63,108 bases of DNA, filler included, from Pseudomonadota bacterium (GCA_043820105.1; 9 parts of 9 records of this genome joined end to end with filler, not necessarily neighbours in it), one strand, 5' to 3'. Positions 20,506 to 29,625 are shown, counted from the first letter of the whole stretch. A program made the numbers and translations. Notes: generated from the letters alone by a model not told the origin.

Positions 20506-20605
20506 NNNNNNNNNNNNNNNNNNNNNNNNNNNNNNNNNNNNNNNNNNNNTTAATTAATTAANNNNNNNNNNNNNNNNNNNNNNNNNNNNNNNNNNNNNNN
20601 NNNNN

Positions 20606-20672
20606 TACTTCCCCCTCTGTTCATTAAATGGTACCAGGCACCATCATATTCAATTCTTGGAGGTCTTGGCAT
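20606..20672 (-). CDS. RAYT/Y1 HUH transposase N-terminus (runs off contig)
   Basis: ATG 20672 reads MPRPPRIEYDGAWYHLMNRGGS, the typical RAYT N-terminal signature (R..R...G..YH...RG). Confidence 0.8.
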
Positions 20673-20716
20673 TTATTTAGCTCTTTATTTAACTTGATAA
20701 TGATAGATTTGTATAT

Positions 20717-20749
20717 ATTTTGTTGTAGATTGTCAAGGCCTGACCCTTC
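20717..20749 (-). repeat. 33-bp terminal inverted repeat upstream of the RAYT start; contains a TTGACA -35 box
   Basis: GAAGGGTCAGGCCTTGACAATCTACAACAAAAT; 30/33 identical (first 19 exact) to 26274-26306 in opposite orientation. Confidence 0.9.
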
Positions 20750-21172
20750 TTTTTGGTTTCGATAAAATTTCACTCTATTTAAAAATTCTTTTGGTTCCAG
20801 CAATAGCAAACAGTAGTCCCCAAATTCAAAATTTCTTTTATCAACGATGATATCTTCTTTATTAAAATCTGGATATCTTGCTGTCTTTAATGAATACATG
20901 CAAAACAGTTTATAATCATCAAAACAATCGATCTTCATTTTAACCTGTCCAGTTAAGTTGTTTATTCTTTTTTCGTTCATAAAAACTTGTACATCTTTTG
21001 ATTGATATAAATTCTGTAAACATTCATTTTTATATTTTACGTTATTTTGATTACTCCCTTCATATTTCCTAAAATAAGATATTGTATTTATGAACATTTT
21101 ACCTTCTTTTTGAAGAGATTCAATATGTTCTTTTTTTCCAAATTTAATTAAAGTTAATATGGTATCTTTCAA
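20750..21172 (-). pseudogene. Hypothetical protein, probably 3'-truncated at the RAYT-element end
   Basis: The last ~40 codons of ORF 20624..21172 are read-through across the IR, the promoter and the RAYT start in another frame. Confidence 0.55.
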
Positions 21173-21247
21173 AGCAATCCCAAGTAAAGTTAAAATATAA
21201 TTTTCATAAGTATCATATTTTATCTTTTTAAAACAACATTTGTCTTT

Positions 21248-21976
21248 TTATCTTTCGCTTTCCAATTCACAATATAATGACTTAAATAATTCAAACCATT
21301 TTTCATAATGCTTTACAATCCTAGATGATGAATGTACTATTCCAATTGTAGGTAGATCAACAGACTCACCTGAAACTGAAACAGTAGCACCTGGTAATTG
21401 TAGATACCCATTATGAACTGAACATGTGCTCCCAAAGCCATTCTCAAGAGAAGATAATTGAATACTTATATTATCTTTACATTTAGCATTCTTTTCCTGT
21501 ATTTTTTTTAGACAAGTATCACACAAAAAATTAAGTTTTATATATTTTTCAGGTGATGAAAATGATGTATGAGCAAATACTTTATTTCTCCATAGTCGAT
21601 AATCCTCAACTTCTTCCCTTAGATCATCATGCTTATACTGCTTCTTTTTGAAATTCTTTATATTTTTTGAGCAATATTTCTTCGTTTCTAAAAACGACCT
21701 CACCAATATTCCCTCTATTGTGCAAATTAAGTTTGTAAAACCATGAATCCTTGTCAAAAAACCAATCTTTAGGTCAAAATTACCTAATATCTTAAGCTCA
21801 TCCTTTATTCGCATATCATAAGAATTAAGCTCAGACTTATAAATATGGTCTAGCATTAAAAGCACATTATAAATTGAATACAAATAAGTAATACTGGGAA
21901 TAGTAATCATGCACTTTCGGTCTATAATGATTTCCTTTGATATTGTTCTAAAATCTTTAAATGTCTCTGAAAACAT
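21248..21976 (-). CDS. Hypothetical protein with HEPN-like motif (AbiU2-like)
   Basis: Helical protein with RNKVFAH (R-x5-H). Confidence 0.5.
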   Translation of the reverse strand: MFSETFKDFRTISKEIIIDRKCMITIPSITYLYSIYNVLLMLDHIYKSELNSYDMRIKDELKILGNFDLKIGFLTRIHGFTNLICTIEGILVRSFLETKKYCSKNIKNFKKKQYKHDDLREEVEDYRLWRNKVFAHTSFSSPEKYIKLNFLCDTCLKKIQEKNAKCKDNISIQLSSLENGFGSTCSVHNGYLQLPGATVSVSGESVDLPTIGIVHSSSRIVKHYEKWFELFKSLYCELESER

Positions 21977-22085
21977 ATAAACCTTTTAATTTGTTCTTCA
22001 TCTTTTATTTACAAATTACTAAAAAATTGCAATTTATTTTAATGTCTATCATAAATTATATCATTTGAAATTAATCAAACAGCAA

Positions 22086-22186
22086 TTGCACTCAAAAATG
22101 CACTCAAATTAACATAGTACTAACGCTAACGTTTTGTAATAATTATGTATTACTTTCACTAAAATATTTAAAGGAAAGGAAATTTC
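22086..22186 (+). repeat. Att-arm-like element homologous to 34541-34640
   Basis: TTGCACTCAAAAATGCACTCAAATTAAC...GTAATAATTATGTAT...AAAGGAAATTT aligns with TTGCACGCAAAAATGCACGCAAATTAAC...GTAATGATTAGGTAT...AAAGGAAATTT. Confidence 0.75.
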
Positions 22187-22203
22187 AATAACAATGACCC
22201 GCT

Positions 22204-25149
22204 TCAATCAAGCTTTTTTCTTATAAGCTCACAATATTCCTTATTTTTAGTCAAAAACTCACTCACTTTCTGATTAGTATTATATATGTTTTCTTTATTA
22301 AAAAAGTCCGCATAGTTTGATTTTTCTAGGATTTTTCCAAGAAATTCATATTGTTTTTCATAATGGTATTTCAAGTCATTTGACAATATCTCAGTATATT
22401 TTTCAAAGATTTGTTTGTTTTGTTCAAAAGTATTCTTAAATACTAAATATGATTTTTTTAATTCCATCAATTGTTTATTATTTCCAACTTCAATGGCATT
22501 TCCATTATCTCTAGTTAACATATTGCACACAATTGAAGTATTTAAGATTGGTTTATTGATATCATGAAAATATTTTGAAATTTCGTGTTTATCCGTTTTT
22601 AAAGATGATTCTTTATTTTTTAAGTAGTCACTAATATTACCTAATATAATGCTTGCAAGCTCATTCTTAGTTACAGTAGGATTAAAGCACCCATTTGCTT
22701 TGCTTTTTAAACGCATTTCCTGCAACTCTTCTTTACTAAGATCAGAACATAGATATAAAAGCACATCTTTATTTTTCTCTCTTATCATCTTAAGTAGCTC
22801 TACTCCGAGCAAGTCAATCCCAATAGAATAATGATTATCACTTATAACAATGTCTGGCTGCTTATTTTCAAATTCTTTTAATACCTCATATGGATTCTCA
22901 AATTTATAGTATTTGCAGTTATATTTTCCTAAAACCTCTACACATAGATTATGTATATATTCTCTCATAATAAGATTATCGTCAGCAATAAACACACAAA
23001 GTTCTGGCTTTATATTCTCAAGTTGATCCACCCCCTGCTCGCGACCTCCTCTAGCTTCTGTGCCCTTCAGGCAGTTAAATAAAAAATCTACAAGCTGTTC
23101 ATTGCTAAGAGGTTTGCTAGCATAAGACTTAGCCCCTAAATCATAAGCCATTTGTATTTCTTCTTCTAAATACCTGTTAGAATGAACCATAGAAACTACA
23201 TCTAACTTTTTTTCTTTTGCTTCATTTAAAAAATCATATCCATTTTTGTCATCATTTAAGTCAATATCAACTATTGCATATTCAATTTGTTCCTTTTCCA
23301 CAAGCCTGATGCAGTCATCAACATTATTAACATCATAAAGGCTTATTAATTTATTTAAAACCTCATTATCCTGGATAATATTTCTAACAAAAGCTCTGTA
23401 TAGTGTTTCATCTTCTAACAAAGCTACTTGTATTTTATCTTTATCTGATAAAAAGTGAAGTTTGTTGTCATAATTATCTTCTTCAGGGACATACTGTGCA
23501 ATCAAAATTTCATTAATATCCTTTGGTAGGTAATAAGTCTTATGTTCTTCAGTTTCTTTTGAGGAAGGCAGCAAAATAACAAACTCAACACCTCTTTTAT
23601 CTAGTGCATTTCTAGCAACAATGGTTCCATTATGTAGAACAACCATTTTCTCCACCGAAGCTAGCCCTAATCCAGTCCCTCTTTTTTTCCCTTTAGTAAA
23701 AAATGATTTAAAAAGGTTAGGTATGTCTTCTTCAGCAAAACATGGTCCATTATTACCAACCTTAATTTCAACAAATTCCTTATCATTTTTTTCTATATCT
23801 TTCGTGCAAACCCAAATAAGACCATCTTCATTTTTTCCAATTGCCTCAATTGCATTTCCTATAATATTTCCAAAAACTCGGACCATTCTCTCATCATCAC
23901 ATAATGGTTTAAATTTATTTTTAAGATTATATTGAAACTCCACAGTAACATTCTTAAATGACTGTGATGTAAATCTAATTGCAAAATCGATAATGCTAAC
24001 AATAGCTTCAGATTTAACCTCTACCTTTACTTCTCTTGAAAAGTCTAAAATATCTGAAATAATCTTCTCCACATGAATAATCGTTTGATTCACCATAGTT
24101 TTAGCTTTTAAAAGTGATTTTGGATCTTTTTTGTACTTATCAAACATTGAAAGTATTGACTTGATACTAGTAAATGGCTTACGGATATCATGAGCCAGTG
24201 CTGCTGTGGTTTGCCCTATTGCATCTAATTTGGCAGCTTGAGCAAGCTTAAGTTCTTCAGTTCTTTTACGTATTGTTTTCTTTAAAAGAATAGTATGAAT
24301 TATTAAAAATAAAAATATTATCAATAAACCGATACCTGGCAACAAATATTTTAAAATCCAAACAGGAATAGCAAAAGATTGTGGTTTCCATCGGTCAAAG
24401 ATTTCTTTAATTTCAGCTTCTTTTATCTTTTCAATTCCATCAATTATTTTGAGCAATAAGTAGTTGTTGCCTTCTTTAACCGCAGCATGGAATTTTGCTA
24501 CAAAAATGGTTTGCATTGCTGGAAATTGTTCGACGGCATTATACTTTTGAAGAAAGTATTTACCACAAGGGTAATCTATTGCAAAAACTTTAATCTCACC
24601 TTCAACAGCTGCTTTAATAAGCTCCTCAAAACCATCATAAACTTTTAACTTTGGACTGGGTAAAATTATTTTCAACTGATATTCTGTTCTATCAGATTTA
24701 ACAACACCAATATCTTCATCAGCAACATCCTCCAAAGATTTTGCTTTCATTGATTTATGAACAAATATAGAGGTTTTAACTTCACTATAGTCCTGTGAGT
24801 AGTCTAAAAATTCATCTCTTTCTTTGGTATAGAAAATTCCAGGAATTACATCAGCTTTTCCATCCTTAACAAGATTTATCACCTGATGCCATGTATCAGT
24901 CTTCTTAAAAACTACTGGAATGCCAGTTTTTCGAGACCACAATTGCCAAAACTCAATAATAATACCCTTTGGTTTTTTTGAATCGTCACTAAAAAAGAAA
25001 GGTGGATAGTCACTTGTGTAAGGTATGATTAAAGGTTTCTCTGTTTGAGATATAGCTGAAGTACCATTTAAGAAAAATAGAAAAAGAATTAATAGAAAAA
25101 CAAACCATACCTTTTTATACACAGCTGTCTTAATCTTAGATGTTATCAT
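22204..25149 (-). CDS. Hybrid sensor histidine kinase: SBP_bac_3 + HisKA + HATPase + two receiver domains
   Basis: DYPPF...GKADV periplasmic binding domain, LAHDIRKPF, NAIEA, FFTKGKKRGTGLGL, LLEDE...IVDIDL and IADDN...ISDNH receivers. Confidence 0.92.
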   Translation of the reverse strand: MITSKIKTAVYKKVWFVFLLILFLFFLNGTSAISQTEKPLIIPYTSDYPPFFFSDDSKKPKGIIIEFWQLWSRKTGIPVVFKKTDTWHQVINLVKDGKADVIPGIFYTKERDEFLDYSQDYSEVKTSIFVHKSMKAKSLEDVADEDIGVVKSDRTEYQLKIILPSPKLKVYDGFEELIKAAVEGEIKVFAIDYPCGKYFLQKYNAVEQFPAMQTIFVAKFHAAVKEGNNYLLLKIIDGIEKIKEAEIKEIFDRWKPQSFAIPVWILKYLLPGIGLLIIFLFLIIHTILLKKTIRKRTEELKLAQAAKLDAIGQTTAALAHDIRKPFTSIKSILSMFDKYKKDPKSLLKAKTMVNQTIIHVEKIISDILDFSREVKVEVKSEAIVSIIDFAIRFTSQSFKNVTVEFQYNLKNKFKPLCDDERMVRVFGNIIGNAIEAIGKNEDGLIWVCTKDIEKNDKEFVEIKVGNNGPCFAEEDIPNLFKSFFTKGKKRGTGLGLASVEKMVVLHNGTIVARNALDKRGVEFVILLPSSKETEEHKTYYLPKDINEILIAQYVPEEDNYDNKLHFLSDKDKIQVALLEDETLYRAFVRNIIQDNEVLNKLISLYDVNNVDDCIRLVEKEQIEYAIVDIDLNDDKNGYDFLNEAKEKKLDVVSMVHSNRYLEEEIQMAYDLGAKSYASKPLSNEQLVDFLFNCLKGTEARGGREQGVDQLENIKPELCVFIADDNLIMREYIHNLCVEVLGKYNCKYYKFENPYEVLKEFENKQPDIVISDNHYSIGIDLLGVELLKMIREKNKDVLLYLCSDLSKEELQEMRLKSKANGCFNPTVTKNELASIILGNISDYLKNKESSLKTDKHEISKYFHDINKPILNTSIVCNMLTRDNGNAIEVGNNKQLMELKKSYLVFKNTFEQNKQIFEKYTEILSNDLKYHYEKQYEFLGKILEKSNYADFFNKENIYNTNQKVSEFLTKNKEYCELIRKKLD

Positions 25150-25246
25150 TTCACATTACCCCTAGTTTTATATTTAATAATGCTAATTAGCACTATAATT
25201 TGCAGAATCATAAAATGCTATATTAAGGGCATCTCATAAAACTCAA

Positions 25247-25978
25247 TCAATATTCCCATGCACCTGCTATAGGTATAAAAGCACCTGTCATATATTGTGG
25301 ACTGTCAGTTAAAATCCAATTAAGCACATCAGCAACTTCCCTTGGGGTTCCTGGTCTACCAAAAGGAATGCTTTTTGCCATTTCTTCTCTTTCTTTTTCT
25401 GTTGTTGTGCTAGCTTCAATAAGACCTGGATTAATAGCATTTACTCTAACTCCCATGGGAGCCAGCTTAGCAGCCAGGGATTTAGTTAAAACAACTACTC
25501 CAGCTTTTGCAGAACAATAGCCAGCTGACATTGGATATGCCTTTTTATTTTCCGCGCCTGAATAAGCAAAGTTTACGATATGTCCTTTTGATTTTATCAA
25601 ATGATCTTTGGCATAGGCAGTAACATTAAATACAACGTTCAAGTTAAGATCAATTTCTTCTTTCCATTCTTCAGGGTTTGTTTCTAGAATATCACGATAA
25701 TAAAATGGACCTATTGCATTAACTAAAACATCTATTGATTCAAACTTATCAACAACTTCATTCACTAGACTTGATGCATTTTTATGATCTTTTAGATCGT
25801 GTTTAAAAAGTTCTATCGAATTTTCATGACTATCATATTCTGTCTTAATTTTTTGTAGATTATTGGCGTTATTTAGATAGTGAGCAGCTACATTATAGCC
25901 TAAATTGGCTAGAGTTTGAACAATTTCTAAACCAATGTCAGAGCTAGCTCCAACAACAAGAGCGCACTTTTTATCCAT
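25247..25978 (-). CDS. Short-chain dehydrogenase/reductase (FabG/pteridine reductase-like)
   Basis: VGASSDIG, YCSAK, RVNAINPG, PFGRPG. Confidence 0.93.
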   Translation of the reverse strand: MDKKCALVVGASSDIGLEIVQTLANLGYNVAAHYLNNANNLQKIKTEYDSHENSIELFKHDLKDHKNASSLVNEVVDKFESIDVLVNAIGPFYYRDILETNPEEWKEEIDLNLNVVFNVTAYAKDHLIKSKGHIVNFAYSGAENKKAYPMSAGYCSAKAGVVVLTKSLAAKLAPMGVRVNAINPGLIEASTTTEKEREEMAKSIPFGRPGTPREVADVLNWILTDSPQYMTGAFIPIAGAWEY

Positions 25979-26058
25979 GACCTTGTATTCCTTTCAATGC
26001 TTACATTTAGGAACACCTTATTGAACACCAAGTCTTTAAAGATTTGTCAATATGAATT

Positions 26059-26273
26059 TTACTGCTTGATACAAGCAATGCACATAGTAGGGTCAGCAGC
26101 AAAGGCACCATTATCATCAAGCCAAGCATCAAGTTCCTTGAGCCCACTGGACATTTCTTCTTTAGGCATAAGCTCAGGCATTATGTGATTAATAAGTAAA
26201 GCAACATTTCTCATCATTCTAAAGTATTTATCTTTTCCAAAAGAAAAGGTATCAATAAACTTCATCTGTGGGC
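26059..26273 (-). pseudogene. 3' remnant of a gene (possibly a methyltransferase C-terminus) cut by the RAYT-element end
   Basis: The first ~16 codons of ORF 26059..26319 are IR/RAYT sequence; the remainder (ELDAWLDDNGAF...CIACIKQ) resembles class I MTase tails. Confidence 0.4.
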
Positions 26274-26306
26274 GAAGGGTCAGGCCTTGACATTCGACAA
26301 CAAATT
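26274..26306 (+). repeat. 33-bp terminal inverted repeat containing the stop codon of a RAYT-like gene
   Basis: GAAGGGTCAGGCCTTGACATTCGACAACAAATT; partner of 20717-20749. Confidence 0.9.
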
Positions 26307-26410
26307 CCCTTTTATGCAAAGTATTCTTTCCTTTAATTCTTTTTCTTTCTCCATTTTCAAGACAAATCTATAAATACATTGAGCTACTGAAGCTTTATTA
26401 CCTGTTTTTA
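26280..26410 (-). CDS. Probable C-terminus of a RAYT with a C-terminal HTH extension (5' partial)
   Basis: Open frame KTGNKASVAQCIYRFVLKMEKEKELKERILCIKGNLLSNVKA* with TGA inside the IR; resembles DnaA-C-like tails of long RAYTs. Confidence 0.6.
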
Positions 26411-26589
26411 NNNNNNNNNNNNNNNNNNNNNNNNNNNNNNNNNNNNNNNNNNNNTTAATTAATTAANNNNNNNNNNNNNNNNNNNNNNNNNNNNNNNNNN
26501 NNNNNNNNNNATGTGTATTTTGAAATATTTTCTAAATCAGGTAGACCTGTAGAAGTTATTCAGATAAAAAGGACCGAAATTATGCATTC

Positions 26590-27306
26590 TTACTGGCTCT
26601 GCTTTTGCCGCTCCTTGAACCTCTTCCTCCATTTTTGATACTTATCTTTCATGATTTTACTTAAGCCTGCTTTTTTTTCATTTACCCAACTTGATTCACC
26701 AATAAAATATTTGCATTCTTCATGCAATCGTTCCTTGACCGCCTCCCAGACATCCATAAATGATTCAATCAGCTCCTGGTATTTTTTCTGTTTTTCTTTT
26801 GGAGTGGTGCCCAGGCCTTCATAAATTGGTGATGGAGTAACTAATGGATCCTCCTTACCTTCAGCATAATAAGCATAGGATGAAAACTTGTTCTGTGATG
26901 GATGTTTGACCATTCCTGCTTTAACCTGGTTTAGGTCAATGTAGGCAGCAACATTAACCATATCATCATGTCTTTCAAGCTGTTGAGACACAAATCTGTC
27001 AAGAAAAACCTGTCCCCGCCTTTTTTTTGCTTTATTGTAAGCCTTTGCAAAGATAGAATGAACCCTTCTGAAAAAGGCAGAAAAATCTTTGAGCAGACCA
27101 AGCTTCCCCTTCAGATGTGGATGCGAATCCATGAGATTATAATTATTTATTTGTACATTGTACTCATCTTTGTATTTGCATAGGAGGTCATAATAAAGCT
27201 TCTTAGCCCAAACTGGTTCCAGTGCCCAGTCATAGTTATGGAATCTAAGAGTAACATGAAAATAACAATTATCCTGCAAAATAGCAGATCTTGGAACAGA
27301 AGGCAT
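26590..27306 (-). CDS. REP-associated tyrosine transposase (RAYT, Y1_Tnp)
   Basis: YFHVTLR, YNLMDSHPHL (HUH), VFLDRF, YIDLNQVKAGMV, FSSY. Confidence 0.92.
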   Translation of the reverse strand: MPSVPRSAILQDNCYFHVTLRFHNYDWALEPVWAKKLYYDLLCKYKDEYNVQINNYNLMDSHPHLKGKLGLLKDFSAFFRRVHSIFAKAYNKAKKRRGQVFLDRFVSQQLERHDDMVNVAAYIDLNQVKAGMVKHPSQNKFSSYAYYAEGKEDPLVTPSPIYEGLGTTPKEKQKKYQELIESFMDVWEAVKERLHEECKYFIGESSWVNEKKAGLSKIMKDKYQKWRKRFKERQKQSQ

Positions 27307-27343
27307 AAATTAGCTTTAAAAAGTTGATGTGAAAAATTTTATA

Positions 27344-27360
27344 TACAAAAGTTATGCCAA
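27344..27360 (-). promoter_or_regulatory. Sigma54-like promoter upstream of the RAYT
   Basis: TTGGCATAACTTTTGTA (GG-N10-GT; imperfect -12). Confidence 0.45.
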
Positions 27361-27570
27361 AAAAGTAGGGTTGAATGAAATTAAGTGGTTGGGATGAAAA
27401 TATAGAATAAATACCGAAAAGCTTTCCAAAATCTAAACTTGGATTCTGGAATCTGGAAAGGTTTGCACCTCCGTACATAAGGTAAAGCGGGATATTATTT
27501 ATCTGATAATTTGAGAATATTTGGATATTCCTTTCTCATTTATTGTGGGACTTAGCAACTTGTAATATTA

Positions 27571-28446
27571 TCATAAATCCTCCATAACTTTTTTAGCTAC
27601 TATTTCCGCTCCAATTTCTTTACATGGCCAATCTTTACAATCTTTTAGCCAACGTCCTTCTTTTTGGCAGGGTTGGCATTCTAATCCTTTATTTATTATT
27701 TTGCTATATTTATGAAACCTTTCATCGTAATTTTTTAAAATTGAAGTTGCTGTGAATATAACTATATTATTAATCTCTAATGCATTGGCACAATGGTATA
27801 ATCCTGTGTCATTACTTAATAACATTTTGCTATTTTTTATTAAACCTAAACTGTCTAGAAGAGGTAATCCTGTTTTGTTCACTGTACCTGGAACATATTC
27901 TTCTTTTGTTCCAAGGGAACATACTTTGTAACCTTTAGCTTTTAAAATTGAAGCTACTTTATCATAATAAGGATAAGATTTTATTCCCCATTGTGATCGG
28001 CCTAAATAATTGTATCCATTACTTATGACAACATCATATTCCTCATCAACATAATTATAATTGCATTTACCATGCCATATGTAATTATCTTCTTTGACTC
28101 CTAAATCTTTTGCTATTTTCAGATATGTACTTATTTCTGAGGAAGTCATGCTGAGTGGGTGTACATCTGCTATCTGAGGTAACTTTATATGAGTTTTAAC
28201 ATATTTTTCCGTCCAAGAGGTAGTAACTACACCCTCATATTTATTAAAGTCGATGTTTTGTAACTCATGACCAATAAACATGTTATCTATGTAAGGTATA
28301 AGATTTTTGGGTATGGAGTATGATCCATAAGCGTGCCATATGTCCACACCAGAAAATTTTAGGTTCTCTTCTATTGTACGTAAAACAGGTATACACTGAA
28401 TGAAATTTCCTATGCCTTCACCTGTAACAAATAAAAGTCTTTTCAT
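27571..28446 (-). CDS. Glycosyltransferase family 9 (heptosyltransferase-like)
   Basis: EGIGNFIQCIP, LSNDTGLYHCANA, LECQPC. Confidence 0.88.
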   Translation of the reverse strand: MKRLLFVTGEGIGNFIQCIPVLRTIEENLKFSGVDIWHAYGSYSIPKNLIPYIDNMFIGHELQNIDFNKYEGVVTTSWTEKYVKTHIKLPQIADVHPLSMTSSEISTYLKIAKDLGVKEDNYIWHGKCNYNYVDEEYDVVISNGYNYLGRSQWGIKSYPYYDKVASILKAKGYKVCSLGTKEEYVPGTVNKTGLPLLDSLGLIKNSKMLLSNDTGLYHCANALEINNIVIFTATSILKNYDERFHKYSKIINKGLECQPCQKEGRWLKDCKDWPCKEIGAEIVAKKVMEDL

Positions 28447-28559
28447 ATCAAAGCCGTCCTGTGTTTTTTATTAATTAATCAGCTATGCTCTTTGAATCAG
28501 ATCTAGCCATTAACAAGTCCTTTTTAAAAAGCATATTATTAATTTCATATAATTGATAT

Positions 28560-29000
28560 CACTCGTGTCCGGTTAAAATCTAAAAAATAAAGGTTGAACC
28601 TATAAAGCTTAATAGCTAAGCTTATTGTTGATCAAACAAAACAATAGGTTCAACTGATATGCATCAAAATATTCTATTTCACAAACTTTTGCAACAAATT
28701 CCTAGACATAAATTTGAAAATTCTGTCAATCGATATGGGTCAGATCAATATGTTAAGAAATTTACTTCTTGTAAGCTATTTTAAATACTCTTTTTAGCTC
28801 AAATCAGAGGAGATGAAAGTTATCGTGATATAGTAACTGCTTTAAAAGCTAAATCTAAGAAATTATATCATATAGGTTTAGAAGCTGTTCCACGATCCAT
28901 ATTATCTGATGCTACTAATATTAGAGACTGTGATGTGTTTGAAGAATTATTCTATGAATGTTTAAAACGCTGCAAAGATCTTGCTCCAAGGTATAGATTT
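28560..29000 (+). mobile_element. IS4-family remnant: left IR plus truncated DUF4372-type transposase pseudogene (ATG 28659, internal TAA 28782)
   Basis: CACTCGTGTCCGGTTAAAATC IR-like end; MHQNILFHKLLQQIPRHKFE...YVKKFTS...*ILFLAQI...SYRDI...RSILSDA...VFEELF; no DDE domain. Confidence 0.8.
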
Positions 29001-29303
29001 TTTATTTTCAAGCTCCTCCTTTCGCTTTAATACTCTATTCGATTCTATGCATACTGCAATCAGGCTTCTTAAATCAAGCTCGTTTGAAGTTCCCTTCTTA
29101 TTATTTATCTGAAACTTCTTTTTCCAGTAAAGAAACTTTTTGTAATCAAGATTATTCCTTCTGTAATAGCTGGCTAAAGATTCTTTGGATTTTATGTTCG
29201 CCCTAACATGGTCTTTCCATATCTTTTCTCTTATGTCACCTGATTCATTGAGCCAATCCAAGGATTTTTGCTAAACTTTAAGGTTTTCAAATGGGAAAGG
29301 CAT
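28962..29303 (-). pseudogene. Chimeric remnant: four-helix-bundle N-terminus (with TAG) joined to an IS66 TnpA-like HTH
   Basis: AGGAG RBS + MPFPFENLKV*QKSLDW, then IWKDHVRA...SLASYYRRNNLDYKKFLYWKKKF. Confidence 0.5.
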
Positions 29304-29469
29304 GATTGTCTCCTAAATAAAATACTTTAATCTAGATTTTGATTTAAAAGAAACATGCCAATTTATTTGATTTTATTTCTTAATCTATTTTCTAAATTTT
29401 GGTGATTTGAGGAAAATAGATAATAGATCTAGAAAATAGAGGAAAATTTTGTCTGAAGCCAAAATTTTA

Positions 29470-29546
29470 TGGAGCTGATCGGGATTGAACCGACTACCTC
29501 TTGAATGCCATTCAAGAGGTAGGGGGTTCGATACCCCCCAGCTCCA
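29470..29546. repeat. Head-to-head fusion of two tRNA-Ala(GGC) 3' halves (att-like quasi-palindrome)
   Basis: Minus: CTCTTGAATGGCATTCAAGAGGTAGTCGGTTCAATCCCGATCAGCTCCA; plus: ...ATTCAAGAGGTAGGGGGTTCGATACCCCCCAGCTCCA; no D arm on either strand. Confidence 0.85.
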
Positions 29547-29595
29547 TTTTTCACTTATCATTACAACATGTTATATTTCGCTTTTTGTCTATTTA

Positions 29596-29625
29596 GAATT
29601 TGCACGCAAAAATGCACGCAAATTA
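29596..29625 (+). repeat. 30-bp arm-type repeat (2x TGCACGCAAA), copy 1
   Basis: GAATTTGCACGCAAAAATGCACGCAAATTA, identical to 34537-34566. Confidence 0.9.

Noticed and set aside
26274-27306. Linking the contig 6 IR to the complete RAYT at 26590..27306
   Set aside because: They are separated by a contig linker, and that RAYT has a different N-terminus and C-terminus from the contig 6 fragments
29470-29546. Functional tRNA-Gly(GCC) or tRNA-Ala(GGC)
   Set aside because: No D-arm consensus on either strand; each 5' half is the reverse complement of a T arm
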